Shown: positions 1 to 12,275 of the stretch, piece by piece
Layout of the letters: every line of letters starts with the position of its first letter
Position numbering within the stretch: position 1 is the first letter of the stretch
Assembly (NCBI GenBank): GCA_002269645.1
Contig: NIVC01000723.1
Coordinates: 248,001-312,000, forward strand
Length of the DNA: 64,000 nt
Direction of reading: 5' to 3'
Source of the DNA: Macrostomum lignano
Taxonomy: Eukaryota
Program-made: the position numbers and the translations under genes
The notes under the pieces: model-generated
What the model was told of the DNA's origin: nothing
What the model saw: the letters and a program-made list of their open reading frames with translations, nothing else
Database searches by the model: none

Positions 1-39
1 AATATAACAGTAGAAGTTCGACAGCAATAGGACACTCAC

Positions 40-3000
40 TGGAAATGTTCACCAATGCTTCGATGTCTTTAGCCAGATCGGCGGCACTCCTCTGTAGTAA
101 GCTGGCATTGACTTTCGCTTCGCTAGACAGTTTTGACAGTTGGCCCAGCTTCAAGTCCGTCTCAGCCTGCCTGTCGAGAATCTGACCCAGCCTGGTCTCC
201 ATGTTGTCTAGGGAGTCGGCCACCGACCTCACTTGCTGATAGGCCGACATCGCATCCGACAAGTTGGCATTCGAATCTCTTAGCAGGCTCTCCGAGCGCT
301 AAATTTTTTTAACCATAGTAAGGTTAACAATGTTAGTAATAATTTCGGTGAAAACCATTGGTGACATCGTCCCACAAACAGCGCTGATGCAATTCTTCCC
401 ATTTCGCTGACTCATATTACATGTAAGTTACAGAGTGAAATACTAAATACTACTCTGCACATTTGCAATAGAAAATTACTGATCCCAACAAGGAATTAAT
501 TCGTTTGTTACGGTTGAATGATCCAATTATGACGGCCTACAGACACAGATGTGATCTATCGCAGACACGGATGTAACTGATCACAGACACGGATGTGATG
601 GATCACAGACACGGATGTAACTGATCACAGAAACGGATGTAACTGATCACAGACACGGATGTAACTGATCACAGACACGTATGTGACGGATCACAGACAC
701 GGATGTAACTGATCACAGACACGGATGTAACTGATCACAGACACGGATGTAACTGATCACAGACACGGATGTGATGGATCACAGACACGAATTTGACAGG
801 CAATTGACCCTAGTGTATCATAAAGCATCTCAACTAGAATTGGCAAGCAATTTGGAACTCAAACCTTTACTTACATTATACAGAGAAGACGCCAGCTGCT
901 TCGTGTCGTTAGCTTGGCCAGCAGCCTCTGTCGCGGCCGCGAAGTGATCGTCGTGCAGTCGCTGAGCTTCCTGCAGAGTCGAGTTTGCCGACATGGTAAC
1001 GTTTCTAACTTTGGCCAGCTCCTCAATTTTCAACAGAGCGTCAGTTCGGCTTGCTTCGATGCTGTCCTTGTAGTTATTCAGCTTTTTTAGCAGCTCGTGT
1101 GCGCTGGCATTGTAGCTCAGAGAGCGGTTGAGCAGCTCCTGAAATTTTTCGCGATTGATTGCACAATTTAGAATCTTGATTTTTTTTAGACAACAGTCTG
1201 CCTTCAATTGAAAGAAATTATTGTTACCAGAGTTAGTAAGTAATGCTTCATTTTGAGTAGGCAGTGATAAAGGGGAAATTAGATGATTTGATAATGAGAC
1301 AGGAAGAAACGGTCCTCGAACCTGAACTTCCGCCTTCTGTCGCAGCAGGTCCCTATAGAATTGATTCGTCCTGGCCTGAGTGTCGTTCTGGGTTCTAAAA
1401 TCTGTCTCGGCCCCGTTCACTACTCGGGTGAGATTGGCCTGGGCGCCTCGGATGCGGTCGGAAACGTCGGCGTGTTTGCGTTTCACCTGCTCGTTGAGCT
1501 TGGACAGATCGTCGAGAGAATTGTTGAGCTTCTTCAGCTGGGTGGAGTCGGGCTGGGGCAGCTGGCTCAGCAGCTGGTGGTACCTGCGAGATTTCATGGT
1601 TTTACGCTATTTTACACAGATGCTCAGTTTGTCAGAACCGACAGAGCGGTAACGCGTGGGGGCTAAACCTCATGAGTGTCAATCGCGAAGCCACCGGTAA
1701 TACGAGCGTATGATTTTCGTGTCAAATAATACATCGCCCTAAGGACGGAAAAGCCATACCTGGCCGTAAAGTTTGTCGCTCTTTCTCTTGCCGCCTCCAC
1801 GGCAGCCTCCGCCCGGTTGGCCAATTCTAGCAGCGCGTCAGCCTCTCGGCCAGCCTGGCCAAGCCGCTGCTCAGCCGCGGCCACCTGTTCGGGAGCGTCG
1901 GCCAGCTCTCTCATGAGAGTCCGCGACTCTTCAAGTCGTTGGGTAGCTAATCGGCGAAGCTCGTCCGCTTGGCGTTCCAGCTCGTTTGATGCGGAGTCAA
2001 CACTTTTCAAACGCTTCTGTCCGTGTGGTTAACGCGTAGAATTGGATTAGATTAGGAAAAAAGGATTGAGGGACTGACCATAAAACTGATAGGCCCACCT
2101 CGCGCCGCACGGTTAGGAAAGAGGGGGTTGAAGGACTGGCCATAAAACTGATAGACCCACCTCACGCCGCACGGTTAAGAAAGAGGGGTTGAAGGACTGA
2201 CAATAAAACTGATAGACCCAACCTCACGCCGCACGGTTAGGAAAGAGGGGGTTGAAGGACTGACCATAAAACTGATAGACCCACCTCACGCTGCACGGTT
2301 AGGAAAGAGGGGGTTGAAGGACTGACCATAAAACTGATAGACCCACCTCACGCCGCACGGTTAGGGAAGAGGGGTTGAAGGATTGACCATGAAACTGATA
2401 GACCCTCACGCCGCACGGTTAGGAAAGAGGGGTTGAAGGATTGACCATGAAACTGATAGACCCTCACGCCGCACGGTTAGGGAAGAGGGGTTGAAGGATT
2501 GACCATGAAACTGATAGACCCTCACGCCGCACGGTTAGGAAAGAGGGGTTGAAGGATTGACCATGAAACTGATAGACCCTCACGCCGCACGGTTAGGAAA
2601 GAGAGGGTTGAGGGACTGATGGTTATCACCGCCACACAAAGAAGCAATGACAAAGTGCTATTTGTATATAACTCACCAACAAGTCGGTGTTGGTCTTGTT
2701 TACATCCCCGGCCAGGCCAAGATAGTCTTGCAGCAGAGCCTGCGCCTGCTCCAGTGTCACATTTATTGGTCGAAGCTTGGCATCGATTTCCTGACTAAGC
2801 TGTTGCAGCTCTCGTTTGATAGCTGGCAGGCGACTTGAAAAAAATGTCTGCGCCTGGTTCAAGTCCGTATCCGCCTTGGCTAGATTGTTGCTGGCCTCGT
2901 CCAGCATCCGGCTCAGATTCTGCATCAGGCGCTGGTTTGTCTGGCTCAGCTACAGTGTAGATTGTAGATTGTGTGATAATGGAGACTTAGTTTTTGTACA

Positions 3001-6000
3001 AGTAAGCAGATATGAGGGCCCAGAAGAGTATCCGTTTAACAATGATCACTCACACCAGGTCCGAGAAGGGTCTCTAGATATCGCACAAGCCGGGTCGCCC
3101 TGTCCCTGGCCCTCTCCAGCTTGCCTCGGACATCGCCAACAGCGCTGATGTTCGGAGTCTGGTCGAACAGAGTTTCAATGATGGCCAACTCGGAGCGAAG
3201 ATCGTTGACCAGCTGTTGAACAACGCCGTAGCAGTCCGGGCACTCCGGGCAGCCGCGTGCGACGTCGAACCGGTTTTCAGCGCAGCGATCGCACTTGGCG
3301 CCAACAATGTGCTGCTTGCAGCTGCACTGCCCGCTGGCGTCGCAGATGGCCTGTAACAGGATGAGCAAGTAAGTGGGTAGGTATTTAGGTAGGTAGGTAG
3401 GCGGTTAAGTAGGTGAGCAGAAAGGTAGCAACGGTAATAGTGTAGTAGCAGTAATGTGCGAGTTGTAGTAATGTAGTAATAAACAATAAGTAATCATAGT
3501 AGTAATCATAAAAAGTGATATTAATACATGCATAAATAGCACAGTAGTGTGATGAGTAGAGCCAGCAGCAGTACATACCTGAGCGGGGTCCCGGATGCCC
3601 AGCGGGTTGCACTGGCAGGGTGTGCAGCCGCGCTCGGTGAAGTTAAAGAAGCCGGGCAGGCAGGAGTCGCACTTCAGCCCGCCCACTCCGGACAGGCAGC
3701 TGCAGGCGCCGGTGTCGGCGTGGCAGGTGGCGGAGCCGCCGGTGCCGGTGTAGTTGCAGGCGCAGGACTCGCAGCCTGTCCCGCTGCTGATGTTGAAGAA
3801 GCCCTGCTGGCAGGTGTCGCACCGGCGTCCGTCCACATTTGGCAGACACTGGCACTCGCCGCTGACCGGGTTGCAGGTGGCTGTCAGGTTTGTGCCGGCC
3901 GGATGGCAGCCGCAGGAACGGCACTTGACTCCGCTGGTGGCCAATGCGTTGCCATAGTAACCATTTTTGCAGCGCTCGCACTTGTCACCGCCGGTCTCGT
4001 GGATACATTTCGTGCACACGCCCGTGTCTGGGTGACACACCTGGGTGAGAAAGGAGTGGGATGAATACAGATGATGAGGAGAATGGGGATCAATACAGGT
4101 GATGAGGAGAATGGGGATCAATACAGGTGATGAGGAGAATGGGGATCAATGTAGGTGATGAGGAGAATGGGGATCAATACAGGTGATGAGGAGAATGGGG
4201 ATCAATACAGGTGATGAGGAGAATGGGGATCAATACAGGTGATGAGGAGAATGGGGATCAATACAGGTGATGAGGAGAATGGGGATCAATACAGGTGATG
4301 AGGAGAATGGGGATCAATACAGATGATGAGGAGAATGGGGATCAATACAGATGATGAGGAGAATGGGGATCAATACAGGCGATGAGGAGAATGGGGATCA
4401 ATACAGGTGATGAGGAGAATGGGGATCAATACAGGTGATGAGGAGAATGGGGATAGCTACAGATGGGAATAAATAGTCAAATCCCCGTTCACTCGAAATC
4501 CCAAATCCACATTCGCACCTGCAGATCGTTGGGATCAGTATTGCCGTTGCACTCGCACCTGCGGCAGTTGGGCGGCCTGCCGTAATAATTCAACGCGCAG
4601 GTGTCGCATCGAATTCCCGACAGGCCCTCCGGGCAGCGGGTGCAGATCACCTGGCCTCTACGCAGATCCTGAGCGCAGGTGGAGTTGCCGGGGCACGGGC
4701 AGGGCTTGCAAGCGTCTGGAACGCCGCTAGACGCGTTGCCATAGTAACCATCGGCGCACTGGTCGCATTTGAAGCCGACGGTGTTGTGATCGCAGATCCG
4801 GAGCTCCTTGGGGTCGAGGCCGCGGCCCTCTACTCGGCCGCACTCGCCTGTGGCGAGAGGGATATGGCAGGAATCATGGTAACTAATTCTGAGCTGGTCC
4901 CATCTCTTCAGTCAGATCCAGGCAATTGAGATTCCCGTCTGTACATACGGCTCGTAGTCCCATCTCCCACAATGCTATCCCATTCCGTAGTCCATATCTC
5001 ATCTCCCAATTCATAGGTCCCAGCTCTAGCCCCATCTACCAATCGAGAGATCCCATCTCGAGCCCCACTTCCCAATCAAAAGATCCCATCTCGAGCCCCA
5101 CTTCCCAATCAAAAGATCCCAGCTCTAGCCCCACTTCCCAATCAAAAGATCCCATCTCTAGTCCCACTTCCCAATCAAAAGATCCCATCTCGAGCCCCAC
5201 TTCCCAATCAAAATATTCCATCTCAAGCCCCACTTCCCAATCAAAAGATTCCATCTCAAGCCCCACTTCCCAATCAAAAGATTCCATCTCAAGCCCCACT
5301 TCCCAATCAAAAGATCCCATCTCGAGTCCCACTTCCCAATCAAAAGATCCCATCTCTAGTCCCACTTCCCAATCAAAAGATCCCATCTCTAGTCCCACTT
5401 CCCAATCAAAAGATCCCATCTCTAGTCCCACTTCCCAATCAAAGAATCCCATTTCAAGCCCCACTTCCCAATCAAAAGATCCCATCTCGAGCCCCACTTC
5501 CCAATCAAAATATCCCATCTCTAGTCCCACTTCCCAATCAAAAGATCCCATCTCTAGTCCCACTTCCCAATCAAAAGATCCCTTCTCTAGTCCCACTTCC
5601 CAATCAAAAGATCCCATCTCTAGTCCCACTTCCCAATCAAAGAATCCCATCTCTAGTCCCACTTCCCAATCAAAGGATCCCATCTCGAGTCCCACTTCCC
5701 AATCAAAGAATCCCATCTCTAGTCCCACTTCCCAATCAAAGGATCCCATCTCGAGTCCCACTTCCCAATCAAAGGATCCCATCTCGAGTCCCACTTCCCA
5801 ATCAAAGGATCCCATCTCTAGTCCCACTTCCCAATCAAAGGATCCCATCTCTAGCTCACCAGTCTCGCTGTTGCACGTGGCCGAATGATTGAAGCAATCG
5901 CAGGGCACGCAGGCCCCGTAGGGTCCGGCGTTCGGCACCGACCTCCGGTAGCCGTCCTTGCAGCGCTGGCACATGGGCCCCGTGTGACCCTCCGGACAGT

Positions 6001-9000
6001 CGCATTTGTGCATCGTGATGGCGTCTGGAGCGCCTGCCGCTGCGGCAGTCCTGGGCACCGTGCCCTCCAGTGTGATGCTGTGCAGGCTGGCAAATACTAC
6101 AGGGTGGTTGGTGGGGGTTGCTCTCCCTGTACCCTTCGCGATCTCTGTGACATCTTTGTCCCTCTCTGATCTCCGCCTGTCTCTCTGATCTCTCCGCCTT
6201 TCTCTCTGATCTCTCTGTCTGTCTCTCTGATCTCTCCGCCTGTCTCTCTGATCTCTCTATCTGTCTCTCTGATCTCTCTGTCTGTCTCTCTGATCTCTCG
6301 GTCTGTCTCTCTGATTCTCTCCGCCTGTCTCTCTGATCTCTCTGTCTGTCTCTCTGATTCTCTCTGTCTGTCTCTGATCTCTCTGTCTGTCTCTCTGATT
6401 CTCTCCGCCTGTCTCTCTGATCTCTCTGTCTGTCTCTCTGATCTCTCGGTCTGTCTCTCTGATCTCTCTGTCTGTCTCTCTGATCTCTCTATCTGTCTCT
6501 CTGATTCTCTCCGCCTGTCTCTCTGATTCTCTCCGCCTGTCTCTCTGATCTCTCTGTCTGTCTCTCTGATTCTCTCTGTCTGTCTCTCTGATCTCTCTGT
6601 CTGTCTCTCTGATTCTCTCCGCCTGTCTCTCTGATCTCTCTGTCTGTCTCTCTGATCTCTCTATCTGTCTCTCTGATTCTCTCCGCCTGTCTCTCTGATT
6701 CTCTCCGCCTGTCTCTCTGATCTCTCTGTCTGTCTCTCTGATCTCTCTGTCTGTCTCTCTGATCTCTCGGTCTGTCTCTCTGATCTCTCTGTCTGTCTCT
6801 CTGATCTCTCTGTCTGTCTCTCTGATCTCTCCGCTTGCCTCTCTGATCTCTCTGTCTGTCTCTCTAATCTCTCGGTCTGTCTCTCTGATCTCTCTATCTG
6901 TCTCTCTGATCTCTCTGTCTGTCTCTCTGATCTCTCTGTCTGTCTCTCTGATCTCTCCGCTTGTCTCTCTGCTCCCTCGGCCTGTCTCTCTGATCTCTCT
7001 ATCTGTCTCTGAAGCAATAAAGTCATAAATTAGTTTTCGACAATAAAACCGCCACTTGCTACTTAAACAACTAAGTAGAGTGTACCGCGCACTGAATTGG
7101 ACAATAAATATTTTCCTCTCTCCAATTCTTCTCACTTAATCCACCGCTATTGGCGCCGCGAAAGTTGGCCCGAACTCGAATCTGGGTCAGGCCGGCCAGC
7201 ACGTTGCGGAAAAGTTCGCGCGAGTCGCTCAGCCGATGCCATACGGAGCTGGCGGGGTCGTGCGCGAGGCGGAAGGCCAGGCTGAACCGGCCCTGCCTCG
7301 GCTTGTCGAGGCCTTGCGACGAGTCAAACGAGGCGGAGAACACCAGCCCGCGAGACTCCAGCTCGACGTCCTTAAGACCGGACCGGCTGTCCGGTGTGGG
7401 GTCCTCGGGCAGGGACATCACCAGCCGCAGCTGCCGGTTGTAAGAGCCGGACTGATCGCCCAGCATTGAGGGCGGCAGGGTGAAGTACAGGGTGTTGTAG
7501 GGCGGCTCGAGACCCACCTGCGGGTTTGAGGGGTGACGCTTAGTATTGGCGACGTGATGGCGAACATCGGTGAAGCTAAAACACACTGTCACTCCAACAC
7601 TGTCACTCCAACACCGTCACTCCAGCACTGTCACTTCAACACCGTCACTCCAACACTGTCACTCCAATACCGTCACTCCAGCACTGTCACTCCAACACCG
7701 TCACTCCAACACTGTCACTCCAACACCGTCACTCCAAAACTGTCACTCCAACACTGTCAATCCAACACTGTCACTCCAAAACTGTCACTCCAACACTGTC
7801 AATCCAACACTGTCACTCCAACACTGTCACCCCACACGGGCACCCACCAAAGCAGCTGCAATGCGTCTCTCGGGGTACATCTCCACCGCGTCAGCCGCCG
7901 AGACGTTCTGCTCCTCCCCCACAGTCAGGCCATCTATTCTACGTCGAACGAAGCCGACGCCCCAGGGCCGTTTCGTCTCATCGGTAAAGTTCTCGACGGT
8001 GTCCTGCAGCGACATGGCCGGGTGTAACTGGCAGCTGGTGCTGTGCCCGTAACAGAAGCACTGCTGGCAGCCGTCTGGATCGGTGGCGCTCAGGCCGAAG
8101 AAGAACGGCCGGCACTCGTTGCACAGACGGCCGACGGCGTTCGGCTTGCATCGACATTCGCCAGTTATGGGATTGCACTCGCCCGTGTTGTTCGCTGTGC
8201 CTTCGGTCGCGCAGCCGCAAGGTCTTGAAGGAGTGACGGTGTTAGAGTGACAGTGTTGGAGTGACAGGGTTGGAGTGACAGTGTTGGAGTGACGGTGTTG
8301 GAGTGACAGTGTTGGAGTGACAGTGCTGGAGTGACAGTGCTGGAGTGACAGTGTTGGAGTGACAGTGTTGGAGTGACGTTGCTGGAGTGACAGTGTTGGA
8401 GTGACGTTGCTGGAGTGACAGTGCTGGAGTGACGGTGTTGGAGTGACGGTGTTGGAGTGACTTTGGAGTGACTGTGTTGAAGTGACGATGTTGGAGTGAC
8501 AGTATGGTAGTGACACTGTTAGAGTGACAGTGTTAGAGTGAAGGTGTTGGAGAAACGGTGAGTACTGTAACAGTTTCAGGTAGTGTGAGTTGACAGTGGG
8601 GATATTCAAGAGTGTTGTCTTGAAAAATTTTCGCTGTGGATTTCGCAACTAGCGTAGTCGAAGCGTAAATTAAAATTTTGCCTAAGCACTTCAACAGTCG
8701 AGAATGCCTCAAATTGGAAATCTCGATGCGCAATTTCCGCCAAATTTTCTCCTAAGCCCCGTTCACGGGGATACTGGCGAAAAATACTGTCCCAGTTTAG
8801 CTACCAACAATGCACCAGCTTGTACCGCAGTGTCGATGGTTAGGAATGGGGGATAAGGGACACCTACACTTCAGCAGCCTCTCCAACCCATTCCTTATTT
8901 CGAAGCTTTTTCAGTTTTTCATTCTTCCTCTTCTTCTTGACTTGGGGGCCAGAAATTCGCCATGGCAATGACTGAACCGCCGTCCACCGCTAGCCCAGCC

Positions 9001-12000
9001 CCTTCGTCTGTGCGCTCCCCGTGTGGTACCGATCGATAAACGTTGGACCAGGCTGATGTGCGACCAGGGTGGGCTGGGTTCCATTGCGCAAAGAAGACAG
9101 GAGGATTCACCCATCCCTCATTCCCTCTCTCTCTCCTCTCTTTCTCCTCCCTAACCAACCCAGTTCTTCCCCATCCCATTCGAATTCGATAGCAGAAAGG
9201 TTTCAAGCAATGCGCCGAATTTGGGACAAAGAACCCCAACGCAACATTGCAATTTCAGGCTACATTTCATATCGACATATTGGAAAGCGCTAATGAAATT
9301 GTTTAGTAGGAGGTTTAAAATACAAAAACAATTACACTTATTCTACTGAAAAAGAGTTCGAGCAAACATTTACATGTCAGATATTCCATATCTGTTTCCT
9401 GTGTTAGCCTGGAGTCATGCGGCCTTTTTATTTCTTTGCGTGAGCAAAGATCTGCCGTCAATGCTTCAGTCGTGCCTAGAAGCCCATAGTTTGTTAAGGT
9501 TTTCGTTATCTAAAAGACTGCTCAGCCCTGATAGGTGAGGCAGCACCGAATAGCTTGTAAGAAGAACCAAATTGAAGAGGCCGGTTGAGCACCAGAGAAA
9601 CAGTGGCGGGGAGGTCAGGCCAGTGACAGAAAAGCAGGCAAGGGTCAGACTCTATCTATTAGCTAACTAACTTTCAGCTACTCAATGGACTGATTGCAGC
9701 TATTCAAATGCTCGGTGCAAAAGCACTAACTTAGAGGCTAGTATAAATCTGGATAGATTTAAGGCATCAGAGAGTAATCTGCTCTGAAGGGTTTGATACT
9801 TTTAATCACCAGTAAATTAAGGTGTTCAGAATGATCATAGGGTTTTCGGCATTCGGGCGCAACACACCTTCTGCCAATTCCGCTGACTTCTAAGCACATA
9901 TACATGTACAAGCACGCCAATACTGCAGTACGCAGGCACGCACTCGTACACACGCTCACACTGGGTGTACAGCCAGCCCTGACTTTCTGATCGTCAGACA
10001 TGTACACTTTCTGTGCTTTGGGAGCTGGCCATCATGGGTGTGAATCACACGACACTGTTCAAACGGACTGACTATGAATGAAAATCGAGAAAGCAGTCGA
10101 ACTTACTTGCATCCGCTAGCCGTCAGATTGTAGTAACCCGTCAGGCACCTGTCGCACTTGTCCCCAGTGACTCCTGGCTGACAGACGCACCGTCCCTGAT
10201 CGTCGCACTGGCCGTGCTGCGACCCCACAGGATGGCAGTTGCAGGCGACGCAGCCGCTGGCGCCGGGCGTTGGTCGCCTGTGATTCGGCAGGCAGCGTTC
10301 GCAGTGCGGACCTTCGGTATTGTCGCGACAATTGACGCATCGTCCGCCGCTGACGTTGCCGCTGGCGTAGTACAGGTCCCAGTCGAACTGGCACTGCTCG
10401 CTGTTGCCGGAGCAGTTACACGGCCGGCACTCCCACGCGTTCTCCTGTGTGGCGGCGCGCCAAGGCCTGTCGTTATAGTCTTTTCGGCATTTCTCGCACT
10501 GGATGCCTTCGGTGTTGTGCTGACAGGAGCAGGAGCGCTCCTGAGTGGTTGGATTGGTGTTGCAGACTGCCGCGTGACCGTTGCACTGGCACCGGCCGCC
10601 CACAGTGATGTCCGTGATGGCGTAGAAGTACTTGTAAAGCACGTCGGCGCTGAACGTGTCGCCGTGGGTGTTGAGCCGGTCGAGACTGATCAGGATGTCC
10701 GAGGCGAGGACCCAGTCCTGCGCGGCGTGGGGCATGGAAGGGGACAGTTACTAAGTTAGATTGACACGTTTCTGAAGTATCTGAGGATAGCTGATGTCCT
10801 GAAGTATCTGGGCGTAGCTGAGGTCCTGAAGTATCTGAGGGTAGCTGAGGTCCTGAAGTGTCTAAGGGTAGCTGAGGTCCTGAAGTATCTGAGGGTAGCT
10901 GAGGTCCTGAAGTATCTGAGGGTAGCTGAAGTCCTAAAGTATCTGGGGTAGCTGGGGCCCTGAAGTATCTGACGGTAGCCGTGAAGCTGTATAAGTAGTT
11001 GATTGCATTCTTGAAGGACCAAGAGTGCAGTGGCCCAGCAATCAATTCAAGAACTCGATCCTTGCCTGCATTCTGTCGTCTTTCCAGAAGCCGTCCTTGT
11101 CATTGACATCCAGCCGGTCCATCAGGGACACGAACAGCACGTTTCCATCAGTGAGTGGCACCATGTCGGAGAAGTGTGACTTGCAGACGGGCTGGTACTT
11201 GTTGCCATCCGTGATTTGTTCGTCCGAGATCATTTTGTACTGGGCCTCACAATTGCGGCTGAAATAGGCCCACGGCTGCCAGGGCAGGTTGCGCTTCTTT
11301 CGCCGGTAGATAGCCATGCTGTGAGGCCTGGGCGAGTGGAACAGCAGTCGGATGTAGGTGACCTGCGTCTGGATGCCTGGGATGGAAGGGCAGTCAAAAC
11401 TTGGATGAAAATTAGTTAATTAAAACATTGAAAACTGGCATTGTTTGTGATTGTGAATCATAAATAATTTTTCAAGTAAAACTAAAACATTCAGGAAAAA
11501 ATATAGCAAAAAATTATATAAAAAACGGAATCGAAATTGGACTGATTGGGAAAACTTTAATGCACACATTTCAATTTAGTGTTAGGTTTTAAATATTTTC
11601 GTAACAATACTAAAGTTCAAAATATAAAAAATATAACTTTTGTTTTTAAAGGAAATTATATCAATAAAGTTGAAACTAAATAATCAGATTTTTTATACTT
11701 TTTATATCTTTAAAGTAAATTTTAAAAAGTTCTTTAAAAAGCAAGTAAAAACGACAATTTTTTCATAGATAAATGGAAAAATTGATATTTTAGTATTTTC
11801 TACAGTAAATTTGGCAATCAATTTGCTCACCAAAGTCAATAGTAATATTGACATTAAATTTGCTGCTCCTTGTTGGAGTTTCATACAGAGTCTGACTTTG
11901 CCAGAATGTCTTCCACGGATTTTCTCTGTTGAAGTCGGTCAGAAACTTGGCGCTGTGAGATTTGTCCCGCTCGGCCTCGGAGCAATAGAAGCAGTACCGA

Positions 12001-12275
12001 TCCTGAATGGAGGTCGCCTGAATTGACGTTTGAACGCAGAATCTTTCCCGACTTGTCATTCCGCACGTGTTCGAAGCGGCTGGCTCTCTACCGTAAGCAA
12101 GATTCCAGAATTTTGTCAAGCACATTTTCGGCTTTCGATTTTTATAACACTCGGAGACATTTTCGTTGCTCCCGATCGGATCGCCAGGGGTACCGGAGGA
12201 TTGGGCTCTGGCTGTGCTAATCAAGAAAATTACTAGAATAATTACAGCTAACAAATTTTGGCTAAGTTGCCACAT
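40..12275 (-). CDS. LAMC1: Laminin gamma chain, multi-exon, 3' end beyond the left edge of the window
   Basis: Inferred exons (minus): 12275-11831, 11376-11066, 10717-10107, 8223-7848, 7517-7145, 6096-5860, 4847-4519, 4040-3579, 3350-3054, 2949-2677, 2016-1669, 1606-1322, 1138-875, 298-40. Phases are consistent where checked. Product has a signal peptide, LN domain (NVNITIDFG, YIRLLFHSPRP, DWVLASDILISLDRLNTHGD), LE1-4, LE5 split by an L4 domain, LE6-11, CPECPDCY and then coiled coil, which is the gamma-chain layout. Symbol indicates family, not proven orthology. Confidence 0.92.
545..792. repeat. Intronic minisatellite, ~22-23 bp unit (GATCACAGACACGGATGTAACT)
   Basis: Tandem copies visible inside laminin intron 299-874. 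Confidence 0.9.
2066..2618. repeat. Intronic minisatellite, ~60 bp unit
   Basis: Repeated GAAGGACTGACCATAAAACTGATAGACCCACCTCACGCCGCACGGTTAGGAAAGAGGGG in laminin intron 2017-2676. Confidence 0.9.
4068..4460. repeat. Intronic minisatellite, 28 bp unit
   Basis: (GATGAGGAGAATGGGGATCAATACAGGT)n in laminin intron 4041-4518. Confidence 0.92.
5005..5852. repeat. Intronic minisatellite, 33 bp unit
   Basis: (CCCACTTCCCAATCAAAAGATCCCATCTCTAGT)n in laminin intron 4848-5859. Source of the SPTSQSKDPIS and GLEMGSFDWEV ORFs. Confidence 0.93.
6140..7010. repeat. Intronic CT-rich minisatellite, ~21 bp unit
   Basis: (CTCTCTGATCTCTCTGTCTGT)n in laminin intron 6097-7144. Confidence 0.92.
7583..7831 (+). repeat. 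Intronic minisatellite, 14 bp unit ACTCCAACACTGTC
   Basis: Tandem copies in laminin intron 7518-7847. Confidence 0.9.
8231..8550 (-). repeat. Same 14 bp minisatellite in inverted orientation (GACAGTGTTGGAGT)n
   Basis: Reverse complement of the 7583-7831 array, on the other side of exon 7848-8223. Confidence 0.9.
10770..10985. repeat. Intronic minisatellite, 27 bp unit
   Basis: (CTGAGGTCCTGAAGTATCTGAGGGTAG)n in laminin intron 10718-11065. A similar partial unit occurs near 12555-12575. Confidence 0.88.

Noticed and set aside
6257-7135. ETDREIR coiled-coil-like ORF, and similar repeat ORFs at 8228-8648, 18662-19192, 22699-23024, 34967-35287, 52861-53692, 54995-56029, 56808-57706, 58194-59037
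   Set aside because: Each coincides with a minisatellite and is better explained as intronic or intergenic repeat translation.
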